DNA of 64,000 nucleotides from Saprospira grandis (GTDB lineage Bacteria; Bacteroidota; Bacteroidia; Chitinophagales; Saprospiraceae): NCBI RefSeq assembly GCF_027594745.1, contig NZ_CP110854.1, positions 1,244,241 to 1,308,240 of the forward strand, read 5' to 3'. Shown piece by piece: positions 56,435 to 64,000 of this stretch (position 1 is its first letter; each line of letters starts with the position of its first letter). The notes under the pieces were generated by a model. It saw only the letters and a program-made list of their open reading frames with translations, ran no database searches and was not told where the DNA came from. The position numbers and the translations under genes were made by a program.

Positions 56435-56734
56435 ATGAATATCGTCAAATCTGTCAAAATAGAGGTCATTCTCGAAAGTATCCAGGTGGAGCGCTTTATC
56501 GAAATGCTAGAAGAGGCTGGTGCCCATGGCTATACGGTCTTCGGTAATATTTCGGGAAAGGGCCAAAATGGCATGCTCGACCATAACTGCCGAGCCAAAA
56601 TTTTCTCTAATAGCTACCTTTTTACGGTATGTTCTGAAGAAGTGGCCCAAAATATTTTGCCCCAAATTGCCCTCTTTTTAGAGGATTGCTCGGGGACCTG
56701 TTTCACCTCTGAGGTGAATCACCTGAAGGTGTAA
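56435..56734 (+). CDS. sbtB: SbtB-like PII-family signalling protein
   Basis: 99 aa. MNIVKSVKIEVILESIQVERFIEMLEEAGAHGYTVFGNISGKGQNG has PII-like fold features (ferredoxin-like betaalphabeta, T-loop GKGQNG). Placed immediately after sbtA. Confidence 0.6.
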   Translation: MNIVKSVKIEVILESIQVERFIEMLEEAGAHGYTVFGNISGKGQNGMLDHNCRAKIFSNSYLFTVCSEEVAQNILPQIALFLEDCSGTCFTSEVNHLKV

Positions 56735-56768
56735 AAGGGCGTTTTTATCCCTTTTCTTTTTTGTAGCT

Positions 56769-56803
56769 TGGGAGCAGCAGTTTACTGTTGCTCCCTTTTT
56801 TTA
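56769..56803 (+). terminator. Rho-independent terminator after sbtB
   Basis: Hairpin GGGAGCAGCAGTTTACTGTTGCTCCC followed by TTTTTTT. Confidence 0.6.
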
Positions 56804-56810
56804 TTCTCTT

Positions 56811-57425
56811 TTTTGGGGGCCTCCGCAGCTTTGCTGCGGCGCTATGTTGCGGGGCTCGCAGGGCTGCTCGGCCCTGCGTCGCTTCGCTCCTTGGTCTGGC
56901 CTGCGGCCACCCCTGCACAGCGCTAGGCCCTTGCAGCGGCTTCGCCGCTGCAAAATGGCATTTTATTTAGACAGCCCTGCGGGCTGATTTGACCCGGCCG
57001 GCGGTAGGCGGCTGGCCACTTTCTTCTTTGCTTGAATTTAAATTTGGCCCTCAGTATATTCCATTTCAGGCAAAAGGCCCTCCAAAGCCGCCTCCGCCTG
57101 GGGGCAGCTAGGGTTGGCCTTGGGGGCCAACCCTAGCTGCATGGCCTTCGGCCCTCCGGGCCTCAGCTTATACATCCTGCAGGCGGCAAAGCCGCCGCAA
57201 AGGCGCGCAGCGCCTCGGCTGAGGGGCTGTAGCAGGGCCGCCAAAGGCGGCAGACCAAAGCGGCGCAGCCGCTGCAGGGCCGAGCAGACCTGCGAGCTGC
57301 GCAATGGCCCGACCCGACCAATAATTCATGAGGGTTTTAACCCTCATTTTGTATAAGCTCGCAAAGCGATGCCGCTTTGCGCTGGGTTTCAACCCGGCGG
57401 AAGGGGCAGCCCCAAAACAAAAAAA
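56811..57425. repeat. Composite repeat block (right arm of the inverted repeat pair) plus an extra terminal copy fragment
   Basis: 56811..57320 is the reverse complement of 51385..51914 (type-2 forward copy, the unique segment, then a reverse type-1 copy). 57360..57425 carries another family end (GGGTTTCAACCCGGCGGAAGGGGCAGCCCCAAAA). Confidence 0.75.
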
Positions 57426-57481
57426 ACATCTGGCCCCTAAAAAGAGACCAGATGTTATATATCATCTGAAAAAGAGAAAAA

Positions 57482-59509
57482 CTACTCCTTTTCTTCTGCA
57501 TCCTCCTCGCCCAATTCTGGCTTAGGATCTTGCAAAGTATCTACGCCATGGTTTTCGCTTACCGCCTCGCCATCCTCGCCGGGCAGCTCATCAAAAGGGC
57601 GTTTACCAATCAATTGCTCTACAGCATCCTTATTGAGGACCTCCTTATTGAGCAGTTCATTGGCCAACAACTCTAGCTCCTGGCGTTTTTCTCTCAACAA
57701 GTTTTTGGCCCGTTCATATTGGGTGTCAATCAGCTTGCGGGTTTCTTGATCGATAAGGTCTGCCGTAGCCTCAGAATAAGGCTTACTAAAGCCGCCGCCT
57801 TCCTGCATCATGCCATAATAAGAGACATTACCCACACGCTCATTCATTCCATAAACCGTAATCATAGAGTAAGCCATACGGGTCACATGATCGAGATCTG
57901 ATTGAGCGCCAGTAGAAATTTTGCCAAAGACAATTTCCTCTGCTGCACGGCCACCCATCGTCATACACATACGGTCCAGCAACTGCTCTACGGTAGTAAT
58001 GTGTTGTTCTTTGGGCAAATATTGGGCATAACCAAGAGCCGCAATACCGCGGGGAACAATGGTCACCTTGACCAAAGGCATGGCATTTTCTAAAAACCAG
58101 CCACAAAGCGTATGTCCGGCTTCATGATAAGCAATCACTCGTTTTTCTTCTGGAGAAATCAGTTTGTTCTTTTTCTCCAAACCGCCAATCACTCGATCAA
58201 TAGCGTCATTAAAATCATTCATTTCTACAAATTGCTTACCTCGGCGGGCAGCAATCAGGGCCGCTTCATTACAGACATTGGCAATTTCGGCACCAGCAAA
58301 ACCGGGAGTTTGAGTGGCCAAATTCTTGGCATCCACATCTCCAGAGATTTTGATATTTTTGAGGTGGACGGCAAAAATTTGCTCTCGTCCCACCAAATCA
58401 GGCTTATCGATAGAAATTTGGCGATCGAAACGGCCGGGGCGCAAAAGCGCTTGGTCCAAAATATCGGGACGGTTAGTGGCCGCCATCATAATCACGCCTT
58501 TTTCGGTGCTAAAGCCATCCATTTCCACCAACAACTGGTTGAGCGTATTCTCTCTTTCGTCATTGCCGCCCTGCATAGCGCCACGTCCACGAGCGCGACC
58601 GATAGCATCAATCTCATCAATAAAGATGATACAAGGGGCTTTTTCTCGGGCTTGGCGGAAGAGGTCACGAACCCTAGAGGCTCCTACTCCAACAAACATC
58701 TCGACAAAATCGGAGCCAGAGATACTAAAGAAAGGCACGCCAGCCTCGCCAGCAACGGCTTTAGCCAAAAGCGTTTTACCGGTACCCGGAGGGCCTACCA
58801 AAAGCACCCCTTTAGGAATTTTACCGCCTAGAGAAGTATACTTTTTGGGCTTTTTCAGGAAGTCTACCACCTCCATCACTTCTTCCTTGGCCTCATCTAG
58901 GCCAGCAACATCTTTAAAGCTAGCATTTACTTTACCGTCCTTATCGAACAAAGTAGCTTTAGAGCGGCCAATATTAAAGATTTGAGAGCCGGGGCCAGCA
59001 CCACCACCACCTACACGGCGCATAATAAAGATCCAGATAATAATCAGGATGGCAAAAGGCAAAATCCAGCTCAGCAAGCCGCCGATATAATCGTAGCGGG
59101 TTTCATTTTTCTGGTTGATGCTAAAATCGGGATCATCCTGAGCAATCTTCTGCTCTAGATCATCTAATTTTTTGAGGAAATACTCCATATCGCCCACCGT
59201 ATAGCTATAATTGGGGGCATCATTATTAAAAGAAGAGCGAGGCAACTTGCTATACTCCTCCTTTTTCAAGGCATCTTCCGTTAGATAAACCTCTGCTTGA
59301 CTTTTATTGACGATGATAATTTTATCAACATCTTTTTGAGCGATAATCGTCTCTAACTCATTCCAACTTAGGTCCTTGGTTTTGGGGCTCACCCAAATCA
59401 AGTTCACACTAATGAGCAAGAGAGCAAGAAGGCCATAAATCCAATAATAATTGAACTTGGGGCCGTTGTTCTTATCTCCCTGTGGTTGGTTATTGGGATT
59501 GTTTTGCAT
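57482..59509 (-). CDS. ftsH: ATP-dependent zinc metalloprotease FtsH
   Basis: N-terminal TM helices. AAA module [28 protein letters not shown] with Walker [12 protein letters not shown]. Zinc motif HEAGH. 675 aa. Confidence 0.95.
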   Translation of the reverse strand: MQNNPNNQPQGDKNNGPKFNYYWIYGLLALLLISVNLIWVSPKTKDLSWNELETIIAQKDVDKIIIVNKSQAEVYLTEDALKKEEYSKLPRSSFNNDAPNYSYTVGDMEYFLKKLDDLEQKIAQDDPDFSINQKNETRYDYIGGLLSWILPFAILIIIWIFIMRRVGGGGAGPGSQIFNIGRSKATLFDKDGKVNASFKDVAGLDEAKEEVMEVVDFLKKPKKYTSLGGKIPKGVLLVGPPGTGKTLLAKAVAGEAGVPFFSISGSDFVEMFVGVGASRVRDLFRQAREKAPCIIFIDEIDAIGRARGRGAMQGGNDERENTLNQLLVEMDGFSTEKGVIMMAATNRPDILDQALLRPGRFDRQISIDKPDLVGREQIFAVHLKNIKISGDVDAKNLATQTPGFAGAEIANVCNEAALIAARRGKQFVEMNDFNDAIDRVIGGLEKKNKLISPEEKRVIAYHEAGHTLCGWFLENAMPLVKVTIVPRGIAALGYAQYLPKEQHITTVEQLLDRMCMTMGGRAAEEIVFGKISTGAQSDLDHVTRMAYSMITVYGMNERVGNVSYYGMMQEGGGFSKPYSEATADLIDQETRKLIDTQYERAKNLLREKRQELELLANELLNKEVLNKDAVEQLIGKRPFDELPGEDGEAVSENHGVDTLQDPKPELGEEDAEEKE

Positions 59510-59629
59510 AATAAAATATCAGAAAATGTATAATAATGGACCAATTGAAAAGATAGGCCCAAACTATGAGAAAGACAAGATTGCCTTTGTGTTGGTTTTT
59601 ACTAAAGCCTAATCTAGATTGAATCTAGA

Positions 59630-59986
59630 CTAAAGAGTTGGATACTCCTTACGGTTGGCATCACTCCAGAGGCCTTCTAAGTTGTAGAATTTTCTTTTTT
59701 CCTCATTAAAAACGTGAATCACCAGCGTAAAATAATCGAGTAGGCGCCAATGGCCACCTTGTTTGCCTTCTGTATGATTGGGGCGTTCGCCCAGCTGTTC
59801 CCAGAGGGTTTTCTCTATATTTTTGGCAATACCGTTGATATGGGTAGAGGAAGTACCATGACAAATCAGGAAAATGTTTGTGCTGGCCTCATCTACTCCA
59901 GAGAGGTCTAAAGAGACAATATTTACCGCTTTGCGGTCTTGCATAGCTTCTACAGCGACGGCCAATAGGTCCTGCAATTGAGGCAT
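59630..59986 (-). CDS. rsfS: Ribosome silencing factor RsfS (Iojap/DUF143)
   Basis: VNIVSLDLSGVDEASTNIFLICHGTSSTHINGIAKNIE...GHWRLLDYFTLVIHVFNEEKRKFYNLEGLWSDA. Probable ATG start at 59986 (MPQLQ); the track begins at a TTG at 60022. Conserved rsfS-ftsH arrangement. Confidence 0.85.
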   Translation of the reverse strand: MPQLQDLLAVAVEAMQDRKAVNIVSLDLSGVDEASTNIFLICHGTSSTHINGIAKNIEKTLWEQLGERPNHTEGKQGGHWRLLDYFTLVIHVFNEEKRKFYNLEGLWSDANRKEYPTL

Positions 59987-60114
59987 TTTTTCTTCTTTTT
60001 GCGAAAGCTCTTGTTTATTCAAATCGACTTATATTAAATTGTGGCCCCATTAAAAGACCAAAGAGAGTGAAAGGCCCTAAAGTTAGGGCTAAAAATCAAA
60101 AAAGCAGCTATGTT

Positions 60115-60885
60115 ATGCCCAAGCAATCAGATAACAGTCTTTTTGTCGGAAAGGTTGCCATCCGTCATAAACGCCTAGATTCGACCAACCGCTATGCGCT
60201 TGACTTCTTGTCAAAAAGTTTACCAACGGAAGGAACTGCCATTATTGCAGATGAACAATGGGCGGGCCGCGGCCAAAAAGGCAACAACTGGTTATCGGAA
60301 GCAGGACAGAATATAGCTCTAAGCCTTATTTTACGGCCAAAGTTCCTGCTTGTTAAAGAACAATTCCTTTGGAACATGGCTATTTCCTTGGCGGTGCATG
60401 AGGTCCTGACAAATTGCCAGCTTCAACTGCCGCATTATATTAAGTGGCCCAATGATATTTATGTGGGCAACTTTAAGGTGGGCGGCATCCTCATAGAGAA
60501 CCAACTGCGGGGCAGCTACCTTGATTGGTCTGTGGTGGGCATAGGCTTAAATGTCTTTCAAAAAGATTTCTCTCCTAAATTGCCCAATCCCAGCTCATTA
60601 GCCCTACTGACAGAAAAAAAATTGAACATTGATTCAATTCTTTCGCAACTATACGCAGCCATAGAACGTCTATACCTCAAACTGCGGCAAGGCCACGGCC
60701 AAGAACTTTGGTCCTTATATGAAAGCAAACTTTGGCGCTATAAGGAATGGTCCAAATTTAAGTGGCAGGAAAAGGAGCATGAAGGCCGAATTTGGGGCGT
60801 AGCCCCCAATGGCCAACTCAAAATTATAGACCGAAAAGGACAGCTGCATTTATTCAACTTTAAGGAAGTTCAATATATACTATAA
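60115..60885 (+). CDS. birA: Biotin--[acetyl-CoA-carboxylase] ligase (group I, no N-terminal HTH)
   Basis: GRGQKGNNWLSEAGQNIALSLILRP matches the biotin-protein-ligase GRGRRG.W.S..G signature. ~255 aa from the ATG at 60115. Confidence 0.8.
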   Translation: MPKQSDNSLFVGKVAIRHKRLDSTNRYALDFLSKSLPTEGTAIIADEQWAGRGQKGNNWLSEAGQNIALSLILRPKFLLVKEQFLWNMAISLAVHEVLTNCQLQLPHYIKWPNDIYVGNFKVGGILIENQLRGSYLDWSVVGIGLNVFQKDFSPKLPNPSSLALLTEKKLNIDSILSQLYAAIERLYLKLRQGHGQELWSLYESKLWRYKEWSKFKWQEKEHEGRIWGVAPNGQLKIIDRKGQLHLFNFKEVQYIL

Positions 60886-60990
60886 TTCCTTTTTTTCGGG
60901 CATACTGTTTGATGTTAAGAATTTTACAATACTGACGATGTTGTAAGTTAGAGGATTCAAGGGACGAGCTTGGATTCTCTTTTTTTGGTC

Positions 60991-61452
60991 CTATTGCAAT
61001 ATAGGAGGCTCATCTTTGCCCCCCTCCTTTACTTCCTCTATATCTGAAAAAGGAATATCTAAGGGTTTATTCTCTTTTTTTGACGGCAATAAGCGGCTGC
61101 TGCCAAAATCCCAAAGGGTTTTTAGGTATAAAAAGCCTAAAAATGGGCTGAAAGCGGCTAGGCCTAGTAAGCTTCCGCCTATTCCTAACCAAATATTTTT
61201 GGCATAGAGGCCTTTGATATAATTATACACTCTAAGCAGTAACTGCCGATTGATCAATAAGACCCCAACAGATAAGGCGGCAACAATCCACCAAACAAAC
61301 TGCTTGAGGAAACCAATCACCACATAAATCAGTACCGAGACAACAATTAGGGCCAATAACAATTGTATAAAACGAGCCAAGGGGCTGCTCTTTTCTTTTT
61401 CTTCTAAGTTCAACATAGATCCGTATCTTTGGTCTGCTCTAAATATAGACAC
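60991..61452 (-). CDS. Hypothetical membrane protein
   Basis: Three hydrophobic helices (LLALIVVSVLIYVVIGFL, WWIVAALSVGVLLI, WLGIGGSLLGLAAFSPFLGFLYL). No family recognised. Confidence 0.4.
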   Translation of the reverse strand: MSIFRADQRYGSMLNLEEKEKSSPLARFIQLLLALIVVSVLIYVVIGFLKQFVWWIVAALSVGVLLINRQLLLRVYNYIKGLYAKNIWLGIGGSLLGLAAFSPFLGFLYLKTLWDFGSSRLLPSKKENKPLDIPFSDIEEVKEGGKDEPPILQ

Positions 61453-61496
61453 TTTTTAAAGGAGCTGCCTTATATTGGCCCCCTTTTTAGCCAGAG

Positions 61497-61657
61497 AAGG
61501 CGGCGAAGCCGCCGCAGAGGAGCGAAGCGACTGGCTGAGGGATGGATAGCAGTGGCCCGCAGGGCCAGACCAAAGCCGCCGAAGGCGGCTGCAGGGCCGA
61601 GCGAACCGCGAGCTGCGACACAGCCCGACCCGCCCAAAGGGCGGGGCAGCCCCAAAA
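61497..61657. repeat. GC-rich intergenic repeat family copy (reverse)
   Basis: GGCGGCGAAGCCGCCGCAGAGGAGCGAAGCG..GCTGAGGGATGGATAGCAGTGGCCCGCAGGGCCAGACC...CAGGGCCGAGCGAACCGCGAGCTGCGACACAGCCCGACCCGCCC..GGGGCAGCCCCAAAA. Confidence 0.8.
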
Positions 61658-61693
61658 TAAAATGCTAAATAAGCCGCTAATTTTTAGCCTATT

Positions 61694-63505
61694 ATGAATA
61701 AAGAGGATTATAAAAAGCTTTTGCCCACATTGCCTAGCGATCCGGGTGTTTACCGATTTATTGGGGCCGATGAGGAGATTTTGTACATTGGAAAAGCCAA
61801 AAATCTCAAGAAGCGGATTGCCTCCTATTTTACGAGCCGCAAGGATATGCGCCGTAAGACGAAGCGGATGGTCATGGCCGCAAAAAAGCTGAATTATACG
61901 CTGGTAGAGACGGAGCAGGATGCCCTTTTGCTAGAGGCTACGCTGATCAAAAAGCATCAGCCGCGCTATAATGTGGCCCTAAAACACAGCCGGCCCTACC
62001 CTTATATTTGCATCAAAAAAGAGCGTTTTCCGAGGATTATGATTAGCCGAAAAGTGGTGCAGGATGGCTCTAAATACTATGGCCCTTATGTCTCTAAAAA
62101 GCGGATGTACACGCTATTAGAGCTAATTAAAGAATTATTTCAACTGCGCAGTTGTGCCCTCAACTTATCGGAGGAAAGCATTGCGGCGGGCAAGCATAAA
62201 GTTTGCCTTGAGTACCATATCAAAAACTGCAAAGCGCCCTGTGTGGGTTTTGAATCGGAGGCCAATTATATGGACAAAATTGAGCAGGTCCAAAATATGC
62301 TGAAAGGCCAGTTGGGAGCGGTGCGCAAATACCTCAAATCAGAAATGGGGCGCTATGCCGAGCAGCTCAATTTTGAGCAGGCGCAGCGGACAAAAGTGCA
62401 GTTGGCTTTGCTTGAAAACTATCAGGGAAAATCGACGGTGGTCAATGCCAATATTCGTGATTTGGATGTCTTTACCCTAGCCCAAGATGAAAAAGGCGAG
62501 ATGGCTTATATTAACTACCTCAAGGTGGTCGAGGGGGCAATTATTAACACCTTTATGCTGGAGCTCAAGCAGAATTTAGATACCGAAGCGGAGGATTTGC
62601 TGCTTTTTGGGATTCGAGAACTGCGAGAGAAATTCCAGAGTATTGCCCCTGAAATTGTTGTCCCCTTCGAGATTCAGTTGCCTTGGTCCGAGATCCAACT
62701 GACGGTCCCCAAAATTGGCGATAAGAAAAAACTGCTAGAGCTTTCTGAGAAAAATGCCAAGTATTTCATCCTCCAAAAGCAAAAACAAGCCTTGGCCAAG
62801 GCCAACAAAATGGGCAAAGCCGAGCAGCTCTTAGAGATCATGAAAAAAGACCTACAAATTGATGATTTGCCCATTCATATTGAGTGTTTTGACAACTCCA
62901 ATTTGCAGGGAAACCAGCCCGTTTCGGCCATGGTGGTTTTTAAAAATGGGCGACCTGCCAAAAAAGAATATCGGCATTATCATGTCAAAACGGTAGTGGG
63001 TCCAGATGATTTTGCCTCTATGGAAGAGGTCGTTTTTCGCCGATACAAACGCCTTTTGGAAGAGAAAAAGCCCCTCCCCCAACTGATTGTAATTGACGGT
63101 GGCAAGGGACAGCTTTCTGCGGCCGTCAAAAGCCTCAAAGCCCTAGGCATTTTTGAGCGTTTGGCCATTATTGGCATTGCCAAGCGGCTAGAGGAAATCT
63201 TCTTTCCCAATGATCCCGTACCGCTTTTGCTCTCTAAAAAATCGCCTACGCTCAAGGTTATTCAGCAAGCAAGAGACGAGGCCCACCGCTTCGCTATTAG
63301 CTTCCACAGAGATGTTCGTTCTAAGCAGTTTTTGCAAAATGAGCTGCGGCAAATTCCGGGCGTTGGCGAAAAAAACCAAGAGAAATTGCTCCTGGCCCTT
63401 GGTTCCGTCAAAGAGGTCAAGAAGGCCAATTTAAGCCAACTAGAGGCCATTGTTGGACCAAATTTGGCCCAAAAAATCCGTACTTACTTCGATGCCAAAA
63501 GCTGA
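61694..63505 (+). CDS. uvrC: Excinuclease ABC subunit C
   Basis: GIY-YIG nuclease domain (GVYRFIGADEEILYIGKAKNLKKRIASYF). UvrBC-interaction region. C-terminal RNase H-like and HhH regions (GVGEKNQEKLLLALGSVKEVKKANLSQLEAIVG). 603 aa. Confidence 0.95.
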   Translation: MNKEDYKKLLPTLPSDPGVYRFIGADEEILYIGKAKNLKKRIASYFTSRKDMRRKTKRMVMAAKKLNYTLVETEQDALLLEATLIKKHQPRYNVALKHSRPYPYICIKKERFPRIMISRKVVQDGSKYYGPYVSKKRMYTLLELIKELFQLRSCALNLSEESIAAGKHKVCLEYHIKNCKAPCVGFESEANYMDKIEQVQNMLKGQLGAVRKYLKSEMGRYAEQLNFEQAQRTKVQLALLENYQGKSTVVNANIRDLDVFTLAQDEKGEMAYINYLKVVEGAIINTFMLELKQNLDTEAEDLLLFGIRELREKFQSIAPEIVVPFEIQLPWSEIQLTVPKIGDKKKLLELSEKNAKYFILQKQKQALAKANKMGKAEQLLEIMKKDLQIDDLPIHIECFDNSNLQGNQPVSAMVVFKNGRPAKKEYRHYHVKTVVGPDDFASMEEVVFRRYKRLLEEKKPLPQLIVIDGGKGQLSAAVKSLKALGIFERLAIIGIAKRLEEIFFPNDPVPLLLSKKSPTLKVIQQARDEAHRFAISFHRDVRSKQFLQNELRQIPGVGEKNQEKLLLALGSVKEVKKANLSQLEAIVGPNLAQKIRTYFDAKS

Positions 63506-63984
63506 GTGCTGGCCGTCTGCATCAAAATGCCAAAACTGACAGCTACGTTCAGACAAGAGGTTTGTCCATGCCCTTGAATATAAATTTTCTGGTCAATCAA
63601 GGGCGCAACCTCTTCGGGCAAACCCGTTTTTTCGTTGCCCACAATCAGCAAATCTTGGGCTTCAAACTGGACCTCATGCAGCATTTTGGCGCTAGGATCC
63701 ACCCAAGTGGCCATTTTTCGGCCTGGATAATTGGCCAGAAAATCGGCTACATCTAAAACGGGAATCACTTCGATATGCTCAATGGCGCCAGCCGTCCAAA
63801 CCCTGGCCATTTTCTCCATTTCGGCTCTGGCAAATTTGCTTTTGCCTGGCGGTAGCAACAAATCGTTTTGGTCGTAGATATAGATTTTCTTCAAGCCATA
63901 AAACTCTGCGGTCCGAATCATCGAGGATAAGTTCGGGCGATATTGAGGCGCATGTAATAAGGCGGAAAGTTGAGGTACTGACAT
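63484..63984 (-). CDS. SpoU/TrmH-family (SPOUT) RNA 2'-O-methyltransferase, TrmL-sized
   Basis: 166 aa. LLIVGNEKTGLPEEV and IQGHGQTSCLNVAVSFGIL are the SPOUT motifs. Overlaps the uvrC 3' end by 22 bp on the opposite strand. Confidence 0.75.
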   Translation of the reverse strand: MSVPQLSALLHAPQYRPNLSSMIRTAEFYGLKKIYIYDQNDLLLPPGKSKFARAEMEKMARVWTAGAIEHIEVIPVLDVADFLANYPGRKMATWVDPSAKMLHEVQFEAQDLLIVGNEKTGLPEEVAPLIDQKIYIQGHGQTSCLNVAVSFGILMQTASTQLLASK

Positions 63985-64000
63985 ATTTATTTTTGTTTTT

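Noticed and set aside
57482-59509. AAA+ protein near the cluster as a candidate eCIS ATPase.
   Set aside because: It has the HEAGH zinc-protease motif, N-terminal TM helices and the conserved rsfS neighbour. It is housekeeping FtsH.
1905-61657. Possibility that the repeats form a CRISPR array or encode a transposon.
   Set aside because: Copies are 140-260 bp, irregularly spaced at kilobase scale, in both orientations and separated by genes. There are no short regular repeat-spacer units and no cas genes. No transposase ORF lies inside or next to any copy, so these are not IS elements either.

Overview
The window reads as chromosomal DNA of moderate GC (about 45%) from a Bacteroidota-type bacterium. 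I infer this from several C-terminal sorting domains of the type IX secretion system (T9SS), an SprB-repeat surface protein and MORN-type lipoproteins. The organism itself cannot be named from the sequence.

Housekeeping genes I recognise with good support are Hsp20, an S41 C-terminal processing peptidase, HU, two tandem tRNA-Gln(TTG) genes, tsaE, a TetR regulator, a SulP permease, pdhA, ftsH, rsfS, birA, uvrC and a SpoU-family methyltransferase. There is also an sbtA/sbtB bicarbonate-transporter pair.

The main finding is a 14-kb minus-strand operon at 31635..45775 that encodes a phage-tail-like contractile injection system (eCIS / T6SS subtype iv-like, a candidate tailocin or rhapidosome-type particle). 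In transcription order it carries:
- a small membrane protein
- a DUF4255-like cap or terminator protein
- an acidic 375-aa unknown
- the sheath
- two gp19-like tube proteins
- a tube-fold initiator-like protein
- a 62-aa Gly/Lys-rich ORF
- a VgrG/gp27-gp5-like spike
- a PAAR protein
- a gp25-like wedge protein
- a 1256-aa baseplate protein
- a tail-fibre-like gene interrupted by a frameshift at a G8 tract

No capsid, terminase or integrase gene is present in the window. No AAA+ ATPase or tape-measure gene is visible next to the cluster either.

A family of GC-rich structured repeats of about 140-190 bp is scattered through the window in at least 18 copies, in both orientations and always intergenic. 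Four copies lie in intergenic gaps inside the eCIS operon. Two composite copies form inverted repeats of about 530 bp that flank a 4.9-kb segment carrying the SprB-like adhesin gene and sbtAB. Many six-frame ORFs in the track are artefacts of these repeats.

Other points of interest:
- a 1119-aa protein combining a STAND NTPase, a TM helix and WD40 repeats
- a tandem array of T9SS-sorted paralogs, one inactivated by an in-frame TAA
- three tandem paralogs co-transcribed with an RsbR-like STAS protein
- two membrane-anchored GH18-like paralogs just upstream of the eCIS

All functional calls rest on motifs and domain architecture read by eye, with no database search.
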